From assembly GCA_964461055.1 (NCBI GenBank), contig CAYWSG010000004.1, positions 32,792 to 96,791 of the forward strand: 64,000 nucleotides of DNA, read 5' to 3'. The stretch comes from an uncultured Enterobacteriaceae bacterium. GTDB taxonomy: Bacteria; Pseudomonadota; Gammaproteobacteria; Burkholderiales; SG8-39. A model generated the notes under the pieces. It saw only the letters and a list, made by a program, of their open reading frames with translations, did no database searches and was not told the DNA's origin. The position numbers and the translations under genes were made by a program. Shown one piece after another: positions 16,360-26,493 of this stretch (position 1 is its first letter; each line of letters begins with the position of its first letter).

Positions 16360-17973
16360 TCAGTACGCGCGGAAGCGGATCGCGGGGTCGCGCTTGATCT
16401 GCTCGACCAGCCCGACTTCCCAGTCAAGGTAGGCCCGGGCGTGCTTCTCGTAGTCCCTGGCGTGGTCGTACGCCTTGTACGCCACGTCGTCGAGGCTCGT
16501 CGTGGGACGCTGCATGCCTTCCTCGGTCGGCAGCCCCGCGGCGAACCAGGCGGCGTTGCCGCCCTCGAGCACCAGCACGCGGGCGCCCGGCCATAGCGCC
16601 GCAGCTTCCGGCGCCGCATAGTGGGCGAGGATGCCGTCCTCGGATGTGAGAACCAGCCTCTTCGGTTCTCCCTGCTCGGCCAGCTTCTGCTTCGCCTCGG
16701 CAAGCCGGGAACGCACGCCCCACCAGGCGCCGGGGATGTGACGCGCGCGGTACTTGAGGCTGGTGGCGAGGTCCAGCACGGCTGTTCCGGGTTCTCCTCT
16801 TTTGTTCTCTTTACTCAAAATTTCTGGCGCGATGGCGTTCCACGGCCGGAAGTCGAGGAGCGTGGGGCGCGCCGGCCCGCTTTCCGTTCGGGCGGCGCCA
16901 AAGCCGTCCGCGCCCTCCGGCTCGAGCACGAACACGTCCTCCCAGCCCATCTGCACGAGCCAGGAGGCGGTCATGACCGAGCGCACGCGCTCGGGGTCGA
17001 CGAGCACGATGCGGCTGCCGCGCACGGCGACGTATTCGTCGGTGGCCTGCACGAGCTGCCCGCCGGGCCCGTGGCGCGAGCCCGCCAGCCGTCGGGCCTC
17101 GAACTCCTCAAGGGGGCGCACGTCGAGCACGTAGAGGGTGCGTCCTTCGTCGCGCTTGAACGCCTCGAGCTGCGCGAGCGTGATGAACCGGACGCCGAAT
17201 CGCGCGGCGACGCGCTCGGCGGCGGCTCTCGCCTTGGCCCGACCCGCTTCCGAAGGCGGCGGGGCAACGCGCGTGGCGCCGCGCTCGACCTGGAAGCCGG
17301 CGAGCTCCCAGCCCATGGTGCCGTCCTTGAGCGCCACCACCTCGTTCGGGATGCCGGCGTTGCGAAGCGACTGGCAGCCGATGATCGAGCGCGTGCGGCC
17401 GGCGCAGTTCACCACCACCAGCGTGTCGGGATCGGGAGCGAGGTCGTGCACCCGCCAGGCGAGCTCGGCGCCCGGCGCGTCGACGCCGCCCGGAATGTTC
17501 ATGCGGTGGTACTCCTCGAACGGCCTCGAGTCCAGGATGACGAGCGTTCGCCGCGCTTTCAGCTCGTTCAGCTCGGCGGGCGTGATGCGCGGCGTGCCGT
17601 AGTGGTGCTCCACGAACTCGCCGAAGGCCTTCGACGGCACGTTGACGCCGCCGAAGAGCTCGCCGCCGGCCGCCTGCCACGCGGCGCAGCCGCCTTCCAG
17701 GACGGCAACGTCGGTGTAGCCGAGCGCCTGCAGCCGCTCGGCCGCCTTCCCGGCGAATCCCTCGTCGCCGCCGCCGTCGAGCACGATGATCGGCACGGAG
17801 CGCCGTGGCAGGAGATCCGCCGCCCGCAGCTCGAGCTGCGAGAGCGGCAGCGGTACCGCGAAAAACGGATGTCCCTTGTAGTGCACCCCCTGCTCGCGCG
17901 CGTCGAGCAGGGCGAGCTCCGCGCGCTCCTGCAGCCGCTGCCGCAGCTTGGAGACTGAGACCGGGCGCGTCAT
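16360..17973 (-). CDS. Four-domain rhodanese-like sulfurtransferase
   Basis: ATG 17973 (ATGA overlap with the upstream gene). Four rhodanese-like repeats; only the second keeps the catalytic loop CAGRTRS. Confidence 0.85.
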   Translation of the reverse strand: MTRPVSVSKLRQRLQERAELALLDAREQGVHYKGHPFFAVPLPLSQLELRAADLLPRRSVPIIVLDGGGDEGFAGKAAERLQALGYTDVAVLEGGCAAWQAAGGELFGGVNVPSKAFGEFVEHHYGTPRITPAELNELKARRTLVILDSRPFEEYHRMNIPGGVDAPGAELAWRVHDLAPDPDTLVVVNCAGRTRSIIGCQSLRNAGIPNEVVALKDGTMGWELAGFQVERGATRVAPPPSEAGRAKARAAAERVAARFGVRFITLAQLEAFKRDEGRTLYVLDVRPLEEFEARRLAGSRHGPGGQLVQATDEYVAVRGSRIVLVDPERVRSVMTASWLVQMGWEDVFVLEPEGADGFGAARTESGPARPTLLDFRPWNAIAPEILSKENKRGEPGTAVLDLATSLKYRARHIPGAWWGVRSRLAEAKQKLAEQGEPKRLVLTSEDGILAHYAAPEAAALWPGARVLVLEGGNAAWFAAGLPTEEGMQRPTTSLDDVAYKAYDHARDYEKHARAYLDWEVGLVEQIKRDPAIRFRAY

Positions 17974-18557
17974 TCGGCCGCGGCGCGCGCTTCGCGGATG
18001 TCGGTGTGAGGGGGAAACACCTTCCAGTCGCGCTCGGCCGCACGGTAGTACTCGCGGCGGTGCAGCTGCTCGAGCGCGAGGCCGTACATGTGGAAGTTGA
18101 GGAGCGGCGCGCGGATGTGGATGGAGTGCAGATCGTCCGGCAGGAACGCCACCCCGGTGCCCTGGCGCACCACGAACTCGCCGGTCTGGCGCACGCCGCC
18201 TTCCTCGGTGCGCTCGTAGAAGCGGTTGTGCTCCTCGCCCGACACGCCGACGATCACGGCCCACGTGGTGTGGTTGTGCGCGGGCGTGTCGTACTGGCCG
18301 CAGGCCGCGTTGGCATAGAGCGCGAAGCGGTGGTCGTCGTCCTCGGAAAGGCGGTAGAGGCACGAAGTGCGCTTGCCGCCCGGGGCGGGGGGCGGGAAGT
18401 CCTCGAGCGTGAAGAGGTCCGTGCGCGACGCAAGGCGCACGAGGCGCGCCTTGATTTTCTCGAGCGCCTGCGGCGTCACGCCCTCGCGCTTCTCGATCTC
18501 GCGCACGTCCGCCACGGCGGCGGCAACCTCGCGCGCCCTTTCCCGAGCCTTGTCCAT
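17970..18557 (-). CDS. Cysteine dioxygenase-like cupin (thiol dioxygenase-type metal-binding protein)
   Basis: ATG 18557 after SD GGAGGAAG. Cupin His motifs PAHNHTTWAVI and DDLHSIH. Coupled to the rhodanese gene. Confidence 0.7.
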   Translation of the reverse strand: MDKARERAREVAAAVADVREIEKREGVTPQALEKIKARLVRLASRTDLFTLEDFPPPAPGGKRTSCLYRLSEDDDHRFALYANAACGQYDTPAHNHTTWAVIVGVSGEEHNRFYERTEEGGVRQTGEFVVRQGTGVAFLPDDLHSIHIRAPLLNFHMYGLALEQLHRREYYRAAERDWKVFPPHTDIREARAAAE

Positions 18558-18583
18558 GGTCTTCCTCCGAATTCGCGCCGCCC

Positions 18584-19072
18584 TCAGCGGACGCGGTAGA
18601 TCTCTTCCGAGAAATTGCCCCTCGACACCGAAAGCTGCGAGCGCTTCTCCTGCAGCGGCGCCACCAGCACCGCGCTGTCGCCGCCGCTCTCCCAGCGCGC
18701 CTTGTAGATCCTGCCGCCGTCCTTGCCGAGGTCGTTCGCCTCGGCGGTGGGCGGCCCGTAGCGCTTCTGCAGGACCTCCTTGAGGCGCGGAAGGTGGCGC
18801 GTCTCGAAGCGCAGGTCGAACGCCTGCACGGCGTCCTTCTTCAGGTAGAACGTGATGCGCCCGCTCACGCCGCCGAAGGAAACCTCCGCGTCGTCGCAGC
18901 GCCGGTCGGCGGCGCGGCTCTGCCACTCGAGCGGCTTGCAATACGCGCTCGGAAAGGCGTTGCGGACGTCGCGCTCGCTCGCGCCGAGCGCGACGCCGTT
19001 CGCGTCGTACGCCGCCCACGCGCCCGAGGCCGCGAGAAGCATGACCGAGAAAGACCAGCTAGCCCTGCGCAT
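18584..19072 (-). CDS. Hypothetical secreted protein
   Basis: MRRASWSFSVMLLAASGAWAAYD is a signal-peptide-like N-terminus. No recognisable domain. Confidence 0.55.
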   Translation of the reverse strand: MRRASWSFSVMLLAASGAWAAYDANGVALGASERDVRNAFPSAYCKPLEWQSRAADRRCDDAEVSFGGVSGRITFYLKKDAVQAFDLRFETRHLPRLKEVLQKRYGPPTAEANDLGKDGGRIYKARWESGGDSAVLVAPLQEKRSQLSVSRGNFSEEIYRVR

Positions 19073-19628
19073 CGATTTCCCTGCGGCGAAAGCACCGCCA
19101 CTCATGGTCGTTCACCATGCCGACGGCCTGCATGAAGGCGTACATGATAGTCGATCCGACGAAGCGGAAGCCGCGGCGCCTGAGATCCGCCGAAAGCGCG
19201 TCGGAGACCGCGTCCCGGGCCGGCACATCGGCCCGCCCGCGACGGCGCGGGCGGCGCGGCTCGCCGTCCACGAAGCGCCAGACATAGCGCGAGAAGCTGC
19301 CGTGCTCCCGCCTGACCGCCAGGAACGCCCGCGCATTGAGGACGGTCGCGTCGATCTTGGCGCGGTTGCGGACGATGCCGGGATTGGCGAGCAGGCGCCG
19401 CTTCTCGGCCACGCCATAGCGCGCGATCTTCTCGAAGTCGAAGCCGTCGAGAGCGGCGCGGTAGTTCTCGCGCTTGGCGAGGATCGTGTCCCAGGAGAGC
19501 CCGGCCTGCGCGCCCTCGAGGATCAGGAACTCGAACAGCTTGCGGTCGCGCCGCACCGGCACGCCCCACTCCCGGTCGTGGTACCGGATGGCGAGCGGAT
19601 TGCGCGCCCAGGCACAGCGGTACGTCAT
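19059..19628 (-). CDS. tag: DNA-3-methyladenine glycosylase I
   Basis: RC.WA..P....YHD.EWGVP..D...LFE.L.LEG.QAGLSW.TIL.KR signature. 189 aa. Confidence 0.9.
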   Translation of the reverse strand: MTYRCAWARNPLAIRYHDREWGVPVRRDRKLFEFLILEGAQAGLSWDTILAKRENYRAALDGFDFEKIARYGVAEKRRLLANPGIVRNRAKIDATVLNARAFLAVRREHGSFSRYVWRFVDGEPRRPRRRGRADVPARDAVSDALSADLRRRGFRFVGSTIMYAFMQAVGMVNDHEWRCFRRREIDAQG

Positions 19629-19631
19629 CGG

Positions 19632-22001
19632 CTACGCGGCGCGCTTGGCGCCGGGCTTGTCGTCCTTCATCGCCGACTCGTCCTTGACCTCGTGGCTCGC
19701 GGGCCGGGCGCGCAGGCGCACGTCGCGGAGCTCCGCGCGCTCGCGCTCGGCGAGGCGGAAAGCCTGGTCGCGGCCCGCGAGGTACTGCGGCGGCCAGTAC
19801 TGCGGCAGGTGCTGGTACCACGCGGAGGCCTGCAGCGTGAAGTACGGGTTGGAAAGGTGCGGCCGCGCGAGCGCCACGAGGTCGGCCTTGCCGGCGGCGA
19901 GCAGCGTGTTCACCTGATCGGCAGTCGTCACCGCCCCCACCGTCATGGTGGCGATGCCCACCTCGTTTCGCACCCAGTCCGAGAACGGCGCCTGGTACAT
20001 GCGCCCGTACACCGGGCGCTGCGTGGGCACCGTCTGGCCCGTGGAGCAGTCGATGAGGTCGCAGCCCGCCGCCTTCAGCATGCGCGCGAGCGCCACGAGG
20101 TCCTCGCCGGAAAGCCCGCCCGGCGCCCAGTCGGTGGCCGAGATGCGCACCGACATGGGCTTCGCCTCCGGCCACGCCGCCCGGCAGGCGCGGAAGACCT
20201 CCAGCGGAAAGCGCATGCGGTTCTCGATGCTGCCGCCGTAGTCGTCCGTCCTGCGGTTGGTGAGCGGCGAGATGAAGCTCGCGAGCAGGTAGCCGTGCGC
20301 CATGTGGATTTCCAGCATGTCGAAGCCGGCCTCGTCGGCGAAGCGCGTCGAGCGCACGAACTGGTCGACGACGGTCTTCATCCCCCCCCGGTCGAGCTCG
20401 ATGGGGACCTGGGAGACGCCCTCCAGATAGGGAATCGGCGAGGCGGACACGACGGGCCAGTTGCCGGCCTCGAGCGGGTGATCCATCCGCTCCCAGCCGA
20501 GCTGCGTCGAGCCCTTGCGGCCCGAGTGGCCAAGCTGCATGCAGAGCTTCGCTTTCGAGTGCGCGCGGCAGAACTCGACGATGCGCTTGAAGGCGTCCCG
20601 CTGGGCTTCGTTCCAGAGCCCCGTGCATCCGGGCGAGATGCGGCCCTCGGGCGAGACGCAGGTCATCTCCACGTAGACGAGCCCCGCGCCTCCGATGGCG
20701 CGGCTTCCCAGGTGCACGAGGTGCCAGTCGCCGGGCACGCCGTCGAGCGCCGAATACTGGTCCATCGGCGAGACCACCACCCGGTTCTCCACTACCATGT
20801 CGCGCAGCCGGAACGGCGTGAACATGGGCACCGGCGGGTTCTCGAGGTCGATGTCGAAGCCCTGCTCCTTCACCTTGCGCGCGTACCAGCGATGCACCTC
20901 GCGGACGAAGGCGGGGTCGCGCAACTCGAGGTTCTCCCAGGTGATCTGCTTGGAGCGCGACATCACGCCGAAGGCGAACTGCTGGGGCTCCATGCCCCAG
21001 TAGCGCTTCATGTGCTCGAACCAGGCGAGCGAGACGTTGGCCGCGTGCTGGGTCTTCTCGACTTCCTCGCGCCTTGCCCGGTCGTAGTGGCCCAAGGCGC
21101 CTTTCACGTCGGGGTACTTCCTGAAGGCCTCGAAAAGCGCGATGGCGTCTTCCATGGCGAGCTTGGTGCCCGAGCCGATGGAGAAATGCGCGGTGGCTTT
21201 CGCGTCGCCGACCAGGACGGCGTTTTCCATGACCCAGGTGCGGTTGGTGATGGTCGGGAAATTGCGCCACAGCGACCGGTTGGCGATGAGCGGATGGCCG
21301 TCGAGCTCCTCGGCGAACACGCGCTCGAGCACGGGCAGCATCTCCTGCTCGCCCAGGCGGTCGAAGCCGAAGTTGCGCCAGGTCTGCTCGTCGGTCTCGA
21401 TGACCCAGGTGGAGCGGTTGGCCTCGTACTGGTAGCAGTGGGCGAGGATGATGCCTTCGGGCGTCTCGCGGAAGAAGTACTTGAAGGCGTCGAGCGGCCG
21501 GGTGGAGCCGAGCCAGGTGAACTTGTTCGGCCGCAGGTCGACGCTCGGCTGGAAGTGCGCCTCGTAGCGGGTGCGGATCCTCGAGTTGATCCCGTCGGCG
21601 ACCACGATGAGGTCGGCGTCCGGGAACTCGGTGATGTCCTCCACCTCGCGCTGGAAGCGCATCTCGACGCCGAGCTCGCGCCCGCGGTCCTGCAGGATGT
21701 TGAGCAGCGCCACGCGCGAGCAGCCGCAGAACCCGTTGCCCTCGGAGCGCAGCCGCTCCCCCTTGTACACCACGTCGACGCCGCCCCAGTAGGCGAAGCG
21801 CCGCCGGATGCGCTCGTAGGTCACGGCGTCGTAGGCCTTGAACGTGTCGAGCGTCTGGTCGGAGAAGACGACGCCGAAGCCGAAGGTGTCGTCCGGGCGG
21901 TTGCGCTCGTAGACGGTGACGTCCCAGCGCGGCCAGGCCTTCTTCGCCAGCACGGCGAAGTAGAGCCCGCCCGGCCCGCCGCCGATGATCGCCACTTTCA
22001 T
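19632..22001 (-). CDS. Bifunctional aryl-CoA monooxygenase/reductase (2-aminobenzoyl-CoA monooxygenase/reductase or salicylyl-CoA 5-hydroxylase type)
   Basis: 789 aa. N-terminal FAD monooxygenase ([16 protein letters not shown]...) fused to a C-terminal Old-Yellow-Enzyme/TIM-barrel reductase (...[26 protein letters not shown]). Confidence 0.88.
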   Translation of the reverse strand: MKVAIIGGGPGGLYFAVLAKKAWPRWDVTVYERNRPDDTFGFGVVFSDQTLDTFKAYDAVTYERIRRRFAYWGGVDVVYKGERLRSEGNGFCGCSRVALLNILQDRGRELGVEMRFQREVEDITEFPDADLIVVADGINSRIRTRYEAHFQPSVDLRPNKFTWLGSTRPLDAFKYFFRETPEGIILAHCYQYEANRSTWVIETDEQTWRNFGFDRLGEQEMLPVLERVFAEELDGHPLIANRSLWRNFPTITNRTWVMENAVLVGDAKATAHFSIGSGTKLAMEDAIALFEAFRKYPDVKGALGHYDRARREEVEKTQHAANVSLAWFEHMKRYWGMEPQQFAFGVMSRSKQITWENLELRDPAFVREVHRWYARKVKEQGFDIDLENPPVPMFTPFRLRDMVVENRVVVSPMDQYSALDGVPGDWHLVHLGSRAIGGAGLVYVEMTCVSPEGRISPGCTGLWNEAQRDAFKRIVEFCRAHSKAKLCMQLGHSGRKGSTQLGWERMDHPLEAGNWPVVSASPIPYLEGVSQVPIELDRGGMKTVVDQFVRSTRFADEAGFDMLEIHMAHGYLLASFISPLTNRRTDDYGGSIENRMRFPLEVFRACRAAWPEAKPMSVRISATDWAPGGLSGEDLVALARMLKAAGCDLIDCSTGQTVPTQRPVYGRMYQAPFSDWVRNEVGIATMTVGAVTTADQVNTLLAAGKADLVALARPHLSNPYFTLQASAWYQHLPQYWPPQYLAGRDQAFRLAERERAELRDVRLRARPASHEVKDESAMKDDKPGAKRAA

Positions 22002-22423
22002 GCCGCGCCTCCCCGGGGGCTCGCGTGAGGCACGACCGCGGTCGCCTCGATCTCGAGGCGGGCGGCGTCCTCGATGAGGCCGCCGACCTGCAGCACCGCC
22101 ATGGTCGGATAGTTGCGGCCCATCAGCTCACGGTAGGCCTTGCCGACCTCGGCGAGCGAGTTGAGGTACTCCTGCTTGTCGAGCACGTACCAGGTCAGGC
22201 GCACGATGTGCTCCGGGCCGCCGTTCGCTTCCTTCAGCACCTCGAGGATGTTGGCGAGCGCCTGGCGGAACTGCCCGGCGAAATCGCGTGCCTCCCACTT
22301 GCCCTCGCCCGTCCAGCCGACCTGCCCGGCGATGAAGACGAGGCGCCCCTCGCAGGCGATGCCGTTGGAGAAGCCCTTGGGCCGGGCCCAGCCCGGTGGC
22401 TGAAGGATCTGAAAGGTGCTCAT
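21998..22423 (-). CDS. RidA/YjgF family enamine/imine deaminase
   Basis: 141 aa with typical RidA core (...VFIAGQVG...RLEIEATA). ATGA overlaps on both sides. Confidence 0.88.
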   Translation of the reverse strand: MSTFQILQPPGWARPKGFSNGIACEGRLVFIAGQVGWTGEGKWEARDFAGQFRQALANILEVLKEANGGPEHIVRLTWYVLDKQEYLNSLAEVGKAYRELMGRNYPTMAVLQVGGLIEDAARLEIEATAVVPHASPRGGAA

Positions 22424-24054
22424 CGGGCGGCCTCCTCGCGCAGCTTGAAGCGCTGCAGTTTCCCGGTCTCGGTGCGCGGCAGCGAGTCGACGAAGGCGAC
22501 GGCGCGCGGATATTTGTAGGGGGCAATGGTGGACTTCACGTGCTCCTGCAAGGCCTTTGCCGTCTCGGCATCCCTGTGGAAGCCTTCCTTAAGCACGACG
22601 AACGCCTTGACGATGGTGCCGCGCTCGGCATCCGGGGCGCCGACCACGCCGCATTCGGCGACTGCCGGATGCGACAGGAGCGCCCCCTCCACCTCGGGGC
22701 CCGCGATGTTGTAGCCCGCGGAGATGATCATGTCGTCGGTGCGCGCCTGGTAGAAGAAATAGCCCTCGGCGTCCATGACGTAGGCGTCCCCGGTGATGTT
22801 CCAGCCGCGCGATTCTCCTTCGGTGAGCACGTAGTTCTTCTGCCGGTCGTCGGCCAGGTAGCGGCACCCGGTGGGTCCCTTGACGGCGAGCCTGCCCACC
22901 TCGCCGGGGGCGCACGGGCGCCCCTCCTCGTTCAGCACCGTCGCGCGGTAGCCGGGGATGGCGTAGCCGGTCGCGCCGCGGCGCACCCGCTCCGGCGTAT
23001 GCGAGATGAAGATGTGGATCATCTCGGTGGAGCCGATGCCGTCGATGATCTCGATGCCGGTCGCCTCCTTGAAGAGCTGGCGCGTCGCATCCGGCAGCGC
23101 CTCGCCGGCCGAGACGCACTTCCTCAGCGAGGCAAGGTCGTGCCGCGAGGCGATGGCCGCCATCTGGCGGTACATGAGGGGCGAGGTGAAGCAGGTGGTC
23201 GCGCGAAAGCGGCCGATCGTCTCGAGGAGCGACTCGGGCGTGTGCTTCTCGGCGAGCACGGTGGAGGCGCCGAAGCGCAGCGGGAAGCACAGCATCCCCC
23301 CCAGCCCGAACGTGAACGCGAGCGGCGGCGTGCCGCAGAAGATCTCGTCCTTCTGCACCTTGAGGATCGAGCGCGGAAAGCAGTCGCACATCGCGACGAC
23401 GTCGCGATGGAAATGCACGGTGCCCTTCGGCCGGCCGGTCGTGCCGGAGGTGAAGGCGATGAGCGCGACGTCCTCCGAGGCGGTGGGCACGTTGGTGAAC
23501 CACAGCGGCTGCCTGAGCGCGAGGTTGTCGAGCGAGTCGGGCCGGTCGTCGTACCAGTAGCGCAGCTCCTGGAGCGAGGGGCAGGCGCGCGCCGCCTCGA
23601 GGAGCTCGCCGGCGAGGCGCAGGTCGCACAGCGCGTGGGAAATCTCGGCCTTCTGGATGATCTCGGTGAGCTCCTTCGCCCGCAGGAGCGGCATGGTCGC
23701 GACGCAGATGCCGCCCGCCTTCATCACCGCGAACCAGCAGGCGGCCATCATCGGGTTGTTCGGGCCCCGTAGCAGCACGCGGTTGCCAGGCTTGAGACCC
23801 ATGTCGCGCACGAGCACGTTGGCGAGCCGGTTCGCCTGCGTGAAGAGCTGCGTATAGGTGCACTCGCCCTCCGGCGTGCGCAGCGCGACGCGGTGGCCGT
23901 GGCCGCGCGTCACCGGCTTGTCGAGGAGCTCGGTGGCGCAGTTCATGCGGCCCGGGTACTGGAGCTCCGGCAGCTCGAAGAGAAGCTCGGGCCACAGGTC
24001 ACGCGGCGGCAGGTTGTCGCGGGCGAAAGTGTCGGTGTGGGCGGTGTAACTCAT
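22420..24054 (-). CDS. Aryl-CoA ligase (2-aminobenzoate/benzoate-CoA ligase family, AMP-forming)
   Basis: ATG 24054. AMP-binding motifs [14 protein letters not shown], and C-terminal PRT.TGK. The N-terminus [12 protein letters not shown] resembles 2-aminobenzoate-CoA ligases. Confidence 0.9.
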   Translation of the reverse strand: MSYTAHTDTFARDNLPPRDLWPELLFELPELQYPGRMNCATELLDKPVTRGHGHRVALRTPEGECTYTQLFTQANRLANVLVRDMGLKPGNRVLLRGPNNPMMAACWFAVMKAGGICVATMPLLRAKELTEIIQKAEISHALCDLRLAGELLEAARACPSLQELRYWYDDRPDSLDNLALRQPLWFTNVPTASEDVALIAFTSGTTGRPKGTVHFHRDVVAMCDCFPRSILKVQKDEIFCGTPPLAFTFGLGGMLCFPLRFGASTVLAEKHTPESLLETIGRFRATTCFTSPLMYRQMAAIASRHDLASLRKCVSAGEALPDATRQLFKEATGIEIIDGIGSTEMIHIFISHTPERVRRGATGYAIPGYRATVLNEEGRPCAPGEVGRLAVKGPTGCRYLADDRQKNYVLTEGESRGWNITGDAYVMDAEGYFFYQARTDDMIISAGYNIAGPEVEGALLSHPAVAECGVVGAPDAERGTIVKAFVVLKEGFHRDAETAKALQEHVKSTIAPYKYPRAVAFVDSLPRTETGKLQRFKLREEAAR

Positions 24055-25163
24055 GGCGTTGTCTTCAACAGGTCGCGAGCGATGATGAGCTTCTGGACTT
24101 CGGTGGCGCCTTCGTAGATGCGAAGCGCCCGTACCTCGCGGTAGAGGCGCTCGACCGGGTGCCCCTGCATCACGCCGAGGCCGCCGCAGATCTGCACCGC
24201 ATCGTCGATCACTCGCTGCGCGGACTCCGTGGCGAAAAGCTTGGCCATGGCCGCCTCGCGCGTGATGCGCTTGCCGTTCGCGTCGCGCTCCCAGGCGGCA
24301 CGGTACACGAGGAGGGCGCCGGCCTCGATCGCGGTCGCCATGTCGGCGAGCTTCGCCTGCGTCATCTGGAAGTCCGACAGGCGCTGGCCGAACAGGTTTC
24401 GCGCGCGGGAGCGCTCGAGCGCCTCGTCGAGCGCCCGGCGCGCGAAGCCGAGCGCGGCGGCGCCGACGGTGGGACGAAACACGTCGAGATTGCGCATCGC
24501 CAGCTTGAAGCCCTGCCCCGCCTCGCCCAGCAGCTCCGCGCGCGCCGAGCTCAGCTTCACGACCGCCATGGGATGGGGCGCGACGATCTCGATGCGCTCG
24601 GTCGCGTCGACTTCCGCGGCGTCGACGACGAACGCGCTGATGCCCTCTTCCGCCTTGGCGAAGACGACGTAGTAGTCGGCGATGCCGCCATTGGAGATCC
24701 ATGTCTTGGTGCCGTCGAGCCGCCAGGCCGTGCCTTCCCGCCGCGCCTGCGTCGAGATCGCCTGCACGTCGGAGCCGGCTTCCGGCTCGGACAGGGCAAA
24801 CGCCGCGATCGCCTCGCCAGCGGCCGTTTTCGGCAGGTACTTTTTCTTCAGCGCATCGCTGCCGGCGAGCGAGATCGGCCCGCTCCCGAGCCCCTGCATC
24901 ACGAAGGCGAAATCGGCAAGCCCGGCATGGTAGGCGAGCACCTCGCGCAGGATCGCGATCGAGCGCACGTCGGGCGCCTCGCCGACGCAGCGGTGAAGAT
25001 AGCCGGCGCAGCCCAGGTCGGCCACGAGGCGCCGGCAGATGGCGTCGGCATCGGCGCCGTGCGCGTGCGCCAGGTTCTCGCGCGCCCAGGCATCGGCTTC
25101 CCGAGCGAGCGCGGCGTGGCGCGGCTCGAAGAAGGGCCAGCCGTAGTGCGCGAAGCGGTCCAT
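24051..25163 (-). CDS. Acyl-CoA dehydrogenase
   Basis: ATG 25163. 370 aa. [10 protein letters not shown] and ...IYEG..EVQ motifs. Confidence 0.9.
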   Translation of the reverse strand: MDRFAHYGWPFFEPRHAALAREADAWARENLAHAHGADADAICRRLVADLGCAGYLHRCVGEAPDVRSIAILREVLAYHAGLADFAFVMQGLGSGPISLAGSDALKKKYLPKTAAGEAIAAFALSEPEAGSDVQAISTQARREGTAWRLDGTKTWISNGGIADYYVVFAKAEEGISAFVVDAAEVDATERIEIVAPHPMAVVKLSSARAELLGEAGQGFKLAMRNLDVFRPTVGAAALGFARRALDEALERSRARNLFGQRLSDFQMTQAKLADMATAIEAGALLVYRAAWERDANGKRITREAAMAKLFATESAQRVIDDAVQICGGLGVMQGHPVERLYREVRALRIYEGATEVQKLIIARDLLKTTP

Positions 25164-25954
25164 CAGTCGCCTTCGAAGACGGGCTTGCGCTTCGCGGCGA
25201 AGGCCTCGTAGGCCCGCCGGAAATCGTTGGTCTGCATGCAGATCGCCTGCGCCTGGGCCTCCATCTCGATCGCTTCGTCGACGCCCGCGTTCCACTCCTG
25301 GTGCAGCATCTTCTTGGTGATGCCGTGCGCGAAGGTGGGGCCGGCGGCGAGCTCCGCGGCGAGCCCGATCGCCGCCGGCAGCACCGGCTCGACGACGCGG
25401 TTGTAGAAGCCCCAGGCGAGCCCCTCGTCGGCGCCGAAGGAGCGGCCGGTATAGAGGAGCTCGGCCGCGCGGCCCTGGCCGATCACGCGGGGCAGCATGG
25501 CGCACGCGCCCATGTCGGCGCCGGCGAGCCCGACGCGCACGAAGAGGAACGCGCACTTCGCCGAAGGCGCCGCATAGCGCAGGTCGGAAGCGAGCGCGAT
25601 CAGGGCGCCGGCTCCGGCGCAGACGCCCTCGATGGCGGACACCACGGGCTGCGGGCAGTGGCGCATCGCCTTGACAAGGTCGCCGGTCATGCGCGTGAAG
25701 GCGAGGAGCTCGGGCATCGCCATCTTCGTGAGCGGACCGATGATCTCGTGCACGTCGCCGCCGGAGCAGAAATTGCCGCCGGCGCCGGTCACGACGACGC
25801 TCTTGATCGAGGGCTCGTGCTGCAGGGCGCGGAAGAAGTCGCGCAGCTCCGCGTACGACTCGAAGGTGAGCGGATTCTTCTTCTCGGGGCGGTTCAGCGT
25901 CACGACGCCGACCTTGCCCTCCGTGCGCCAAAGGAAATGCCGGGGCTTCATCAT
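25163..25954 (-). CDS. Enoyl-CoA hydratase/isomerase (crotonase) family protein
   Basis: ATG 25954. [19 protein letters not shown] and [10 protein letters not shown] oxyanion-hole motifs. Confidence 0.9.
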   Translation of the reverse strand: MMKPRHFLWRTEGKVGVVTLNRPEKKNPLTFESYAELRDFFRALQHEPSIKSVVVTGAGGNFCSGGDVHEIIGPLTKMAMPELLAFTRMTGDLVKAMRHCPQPVVSAIEGVCAGAGALIALASDLRYAAPSAKCAFLFVRVGLAGADMGACAMLPRVIGQGRAAELLYTGRSFGADEGLAWGFYNRVVEPVLPAAIGLAAELAAGPTFAHGITKKMLHQEWNAGVDEAIEMEAQAQAICMQTNDFRRAYEAFAAKRKPVFEGD

Positions 25955-26439
25955 GTTGCGGTCTCCGCTGCGCTGGACTTCACCCGGGCCAGCAGCCGGA
26001 GGAGCTCCTCGTGCTCGCGGCGCGTCAGGCCGCCGAGGAGCTCCACGATCCATTCCTCGTGCGCGCGCGCCATCTCGGCGAAGCTGCGCTCGCCCGCCCG
26101 CGTGAGCCGGATGCGGAAGGCGCGCCGGTCCCCGGGCGCGGCCAGCCGCTCGACCAGCCCTTCCTTCTCGAGCTGGTCGACGATGCCGGTGACGTTGCCG
26201 CCGGTCACCATGAGCAGGCGCGAGAGCGCGCTCATCTTCAGGCCCTCGGGATGGCGCTCGAGCTGCGCCATCAGGTCGAAGCGGGGCAGCGTCGTGCCGA
26301 AGCGACTGCGAAGCCGCGAGCGCACCGTGCGCTCGATGAGCTGCGTGCAGGTGAGGAGCCGCAGCCAGATGCGCAGCGCCCGGTGGTCCTGCGAGCGAGC
26401 GATGGACTCGCGATCGACGGCGAGGTCGGGCGCGTTCAG
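25951..26439 (-). CDS. MarR family transcriptional regulator; probable CTG start
   Basis: The ORF track starts at GTG 26325, but in-frame upstream codons encode a MarR-like helix 1 ([23 protein letters not shown]). No ATG/GTG/TTG lies between the in-frame stop (26509..26511) and 26325. CTG 26439 has SD GGAG 8 nt upstream. Confidence 0.7.
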   Translation of the reverse strand: MNAPDLAVDRESIARSQDHRALRIWLRLLTCTQLIERTVRSRLRSRFGTTLPRFDLMAQLERHPEGLKMSALSRLLMVTGGNVTGIVDQLEKEGLVERLAAPGDRRAFRIRLTRAGERSFAEMARAHEEWIVELLGGLTRREHEELLRLLARVKSSAAETAT

Positions 26440-26472
26440 GGGCGGGACTCCACGGCGGCGGCCACTTGCTCC

Positions 26473-26493
26473 AAGCTTAAATACATTAAGCTT
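26473..26493. promoter_or_regulatory. AT-rich perfect palindrome AAGCTTAA-ataca-TTAAGCTT; candidate MarR operator/promoter element
   Basis: 8-bp inverted arms with a 5-nt spacer, read directly. Lies 34 nt upstream of the proposed MarR start at the head of the aryl-CoA operon. Confidence 0.45.

Noticed and set aside
16790-16830. Locally AT-rich patch (ctcttttgttctctttactcaaaatttc) inside the rhodanese gene, considered as an insertion scar or embedded sRNA.
   Set aside because: It is in frame and encodes a plausible inter-domain linker (EILSKENKRGEPG) between rhodanese repeats 3 and 4. There are no flanking repeats.
18852-22028. 1058-aa ORF on the plus strand.
   Set aside because: It is antisense to tag and the aryl-CoA monooxygenase/reductase. 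It shows the same Arg/Ala/Gly/Val-rich shadow-frame composition and no recognisable domain.
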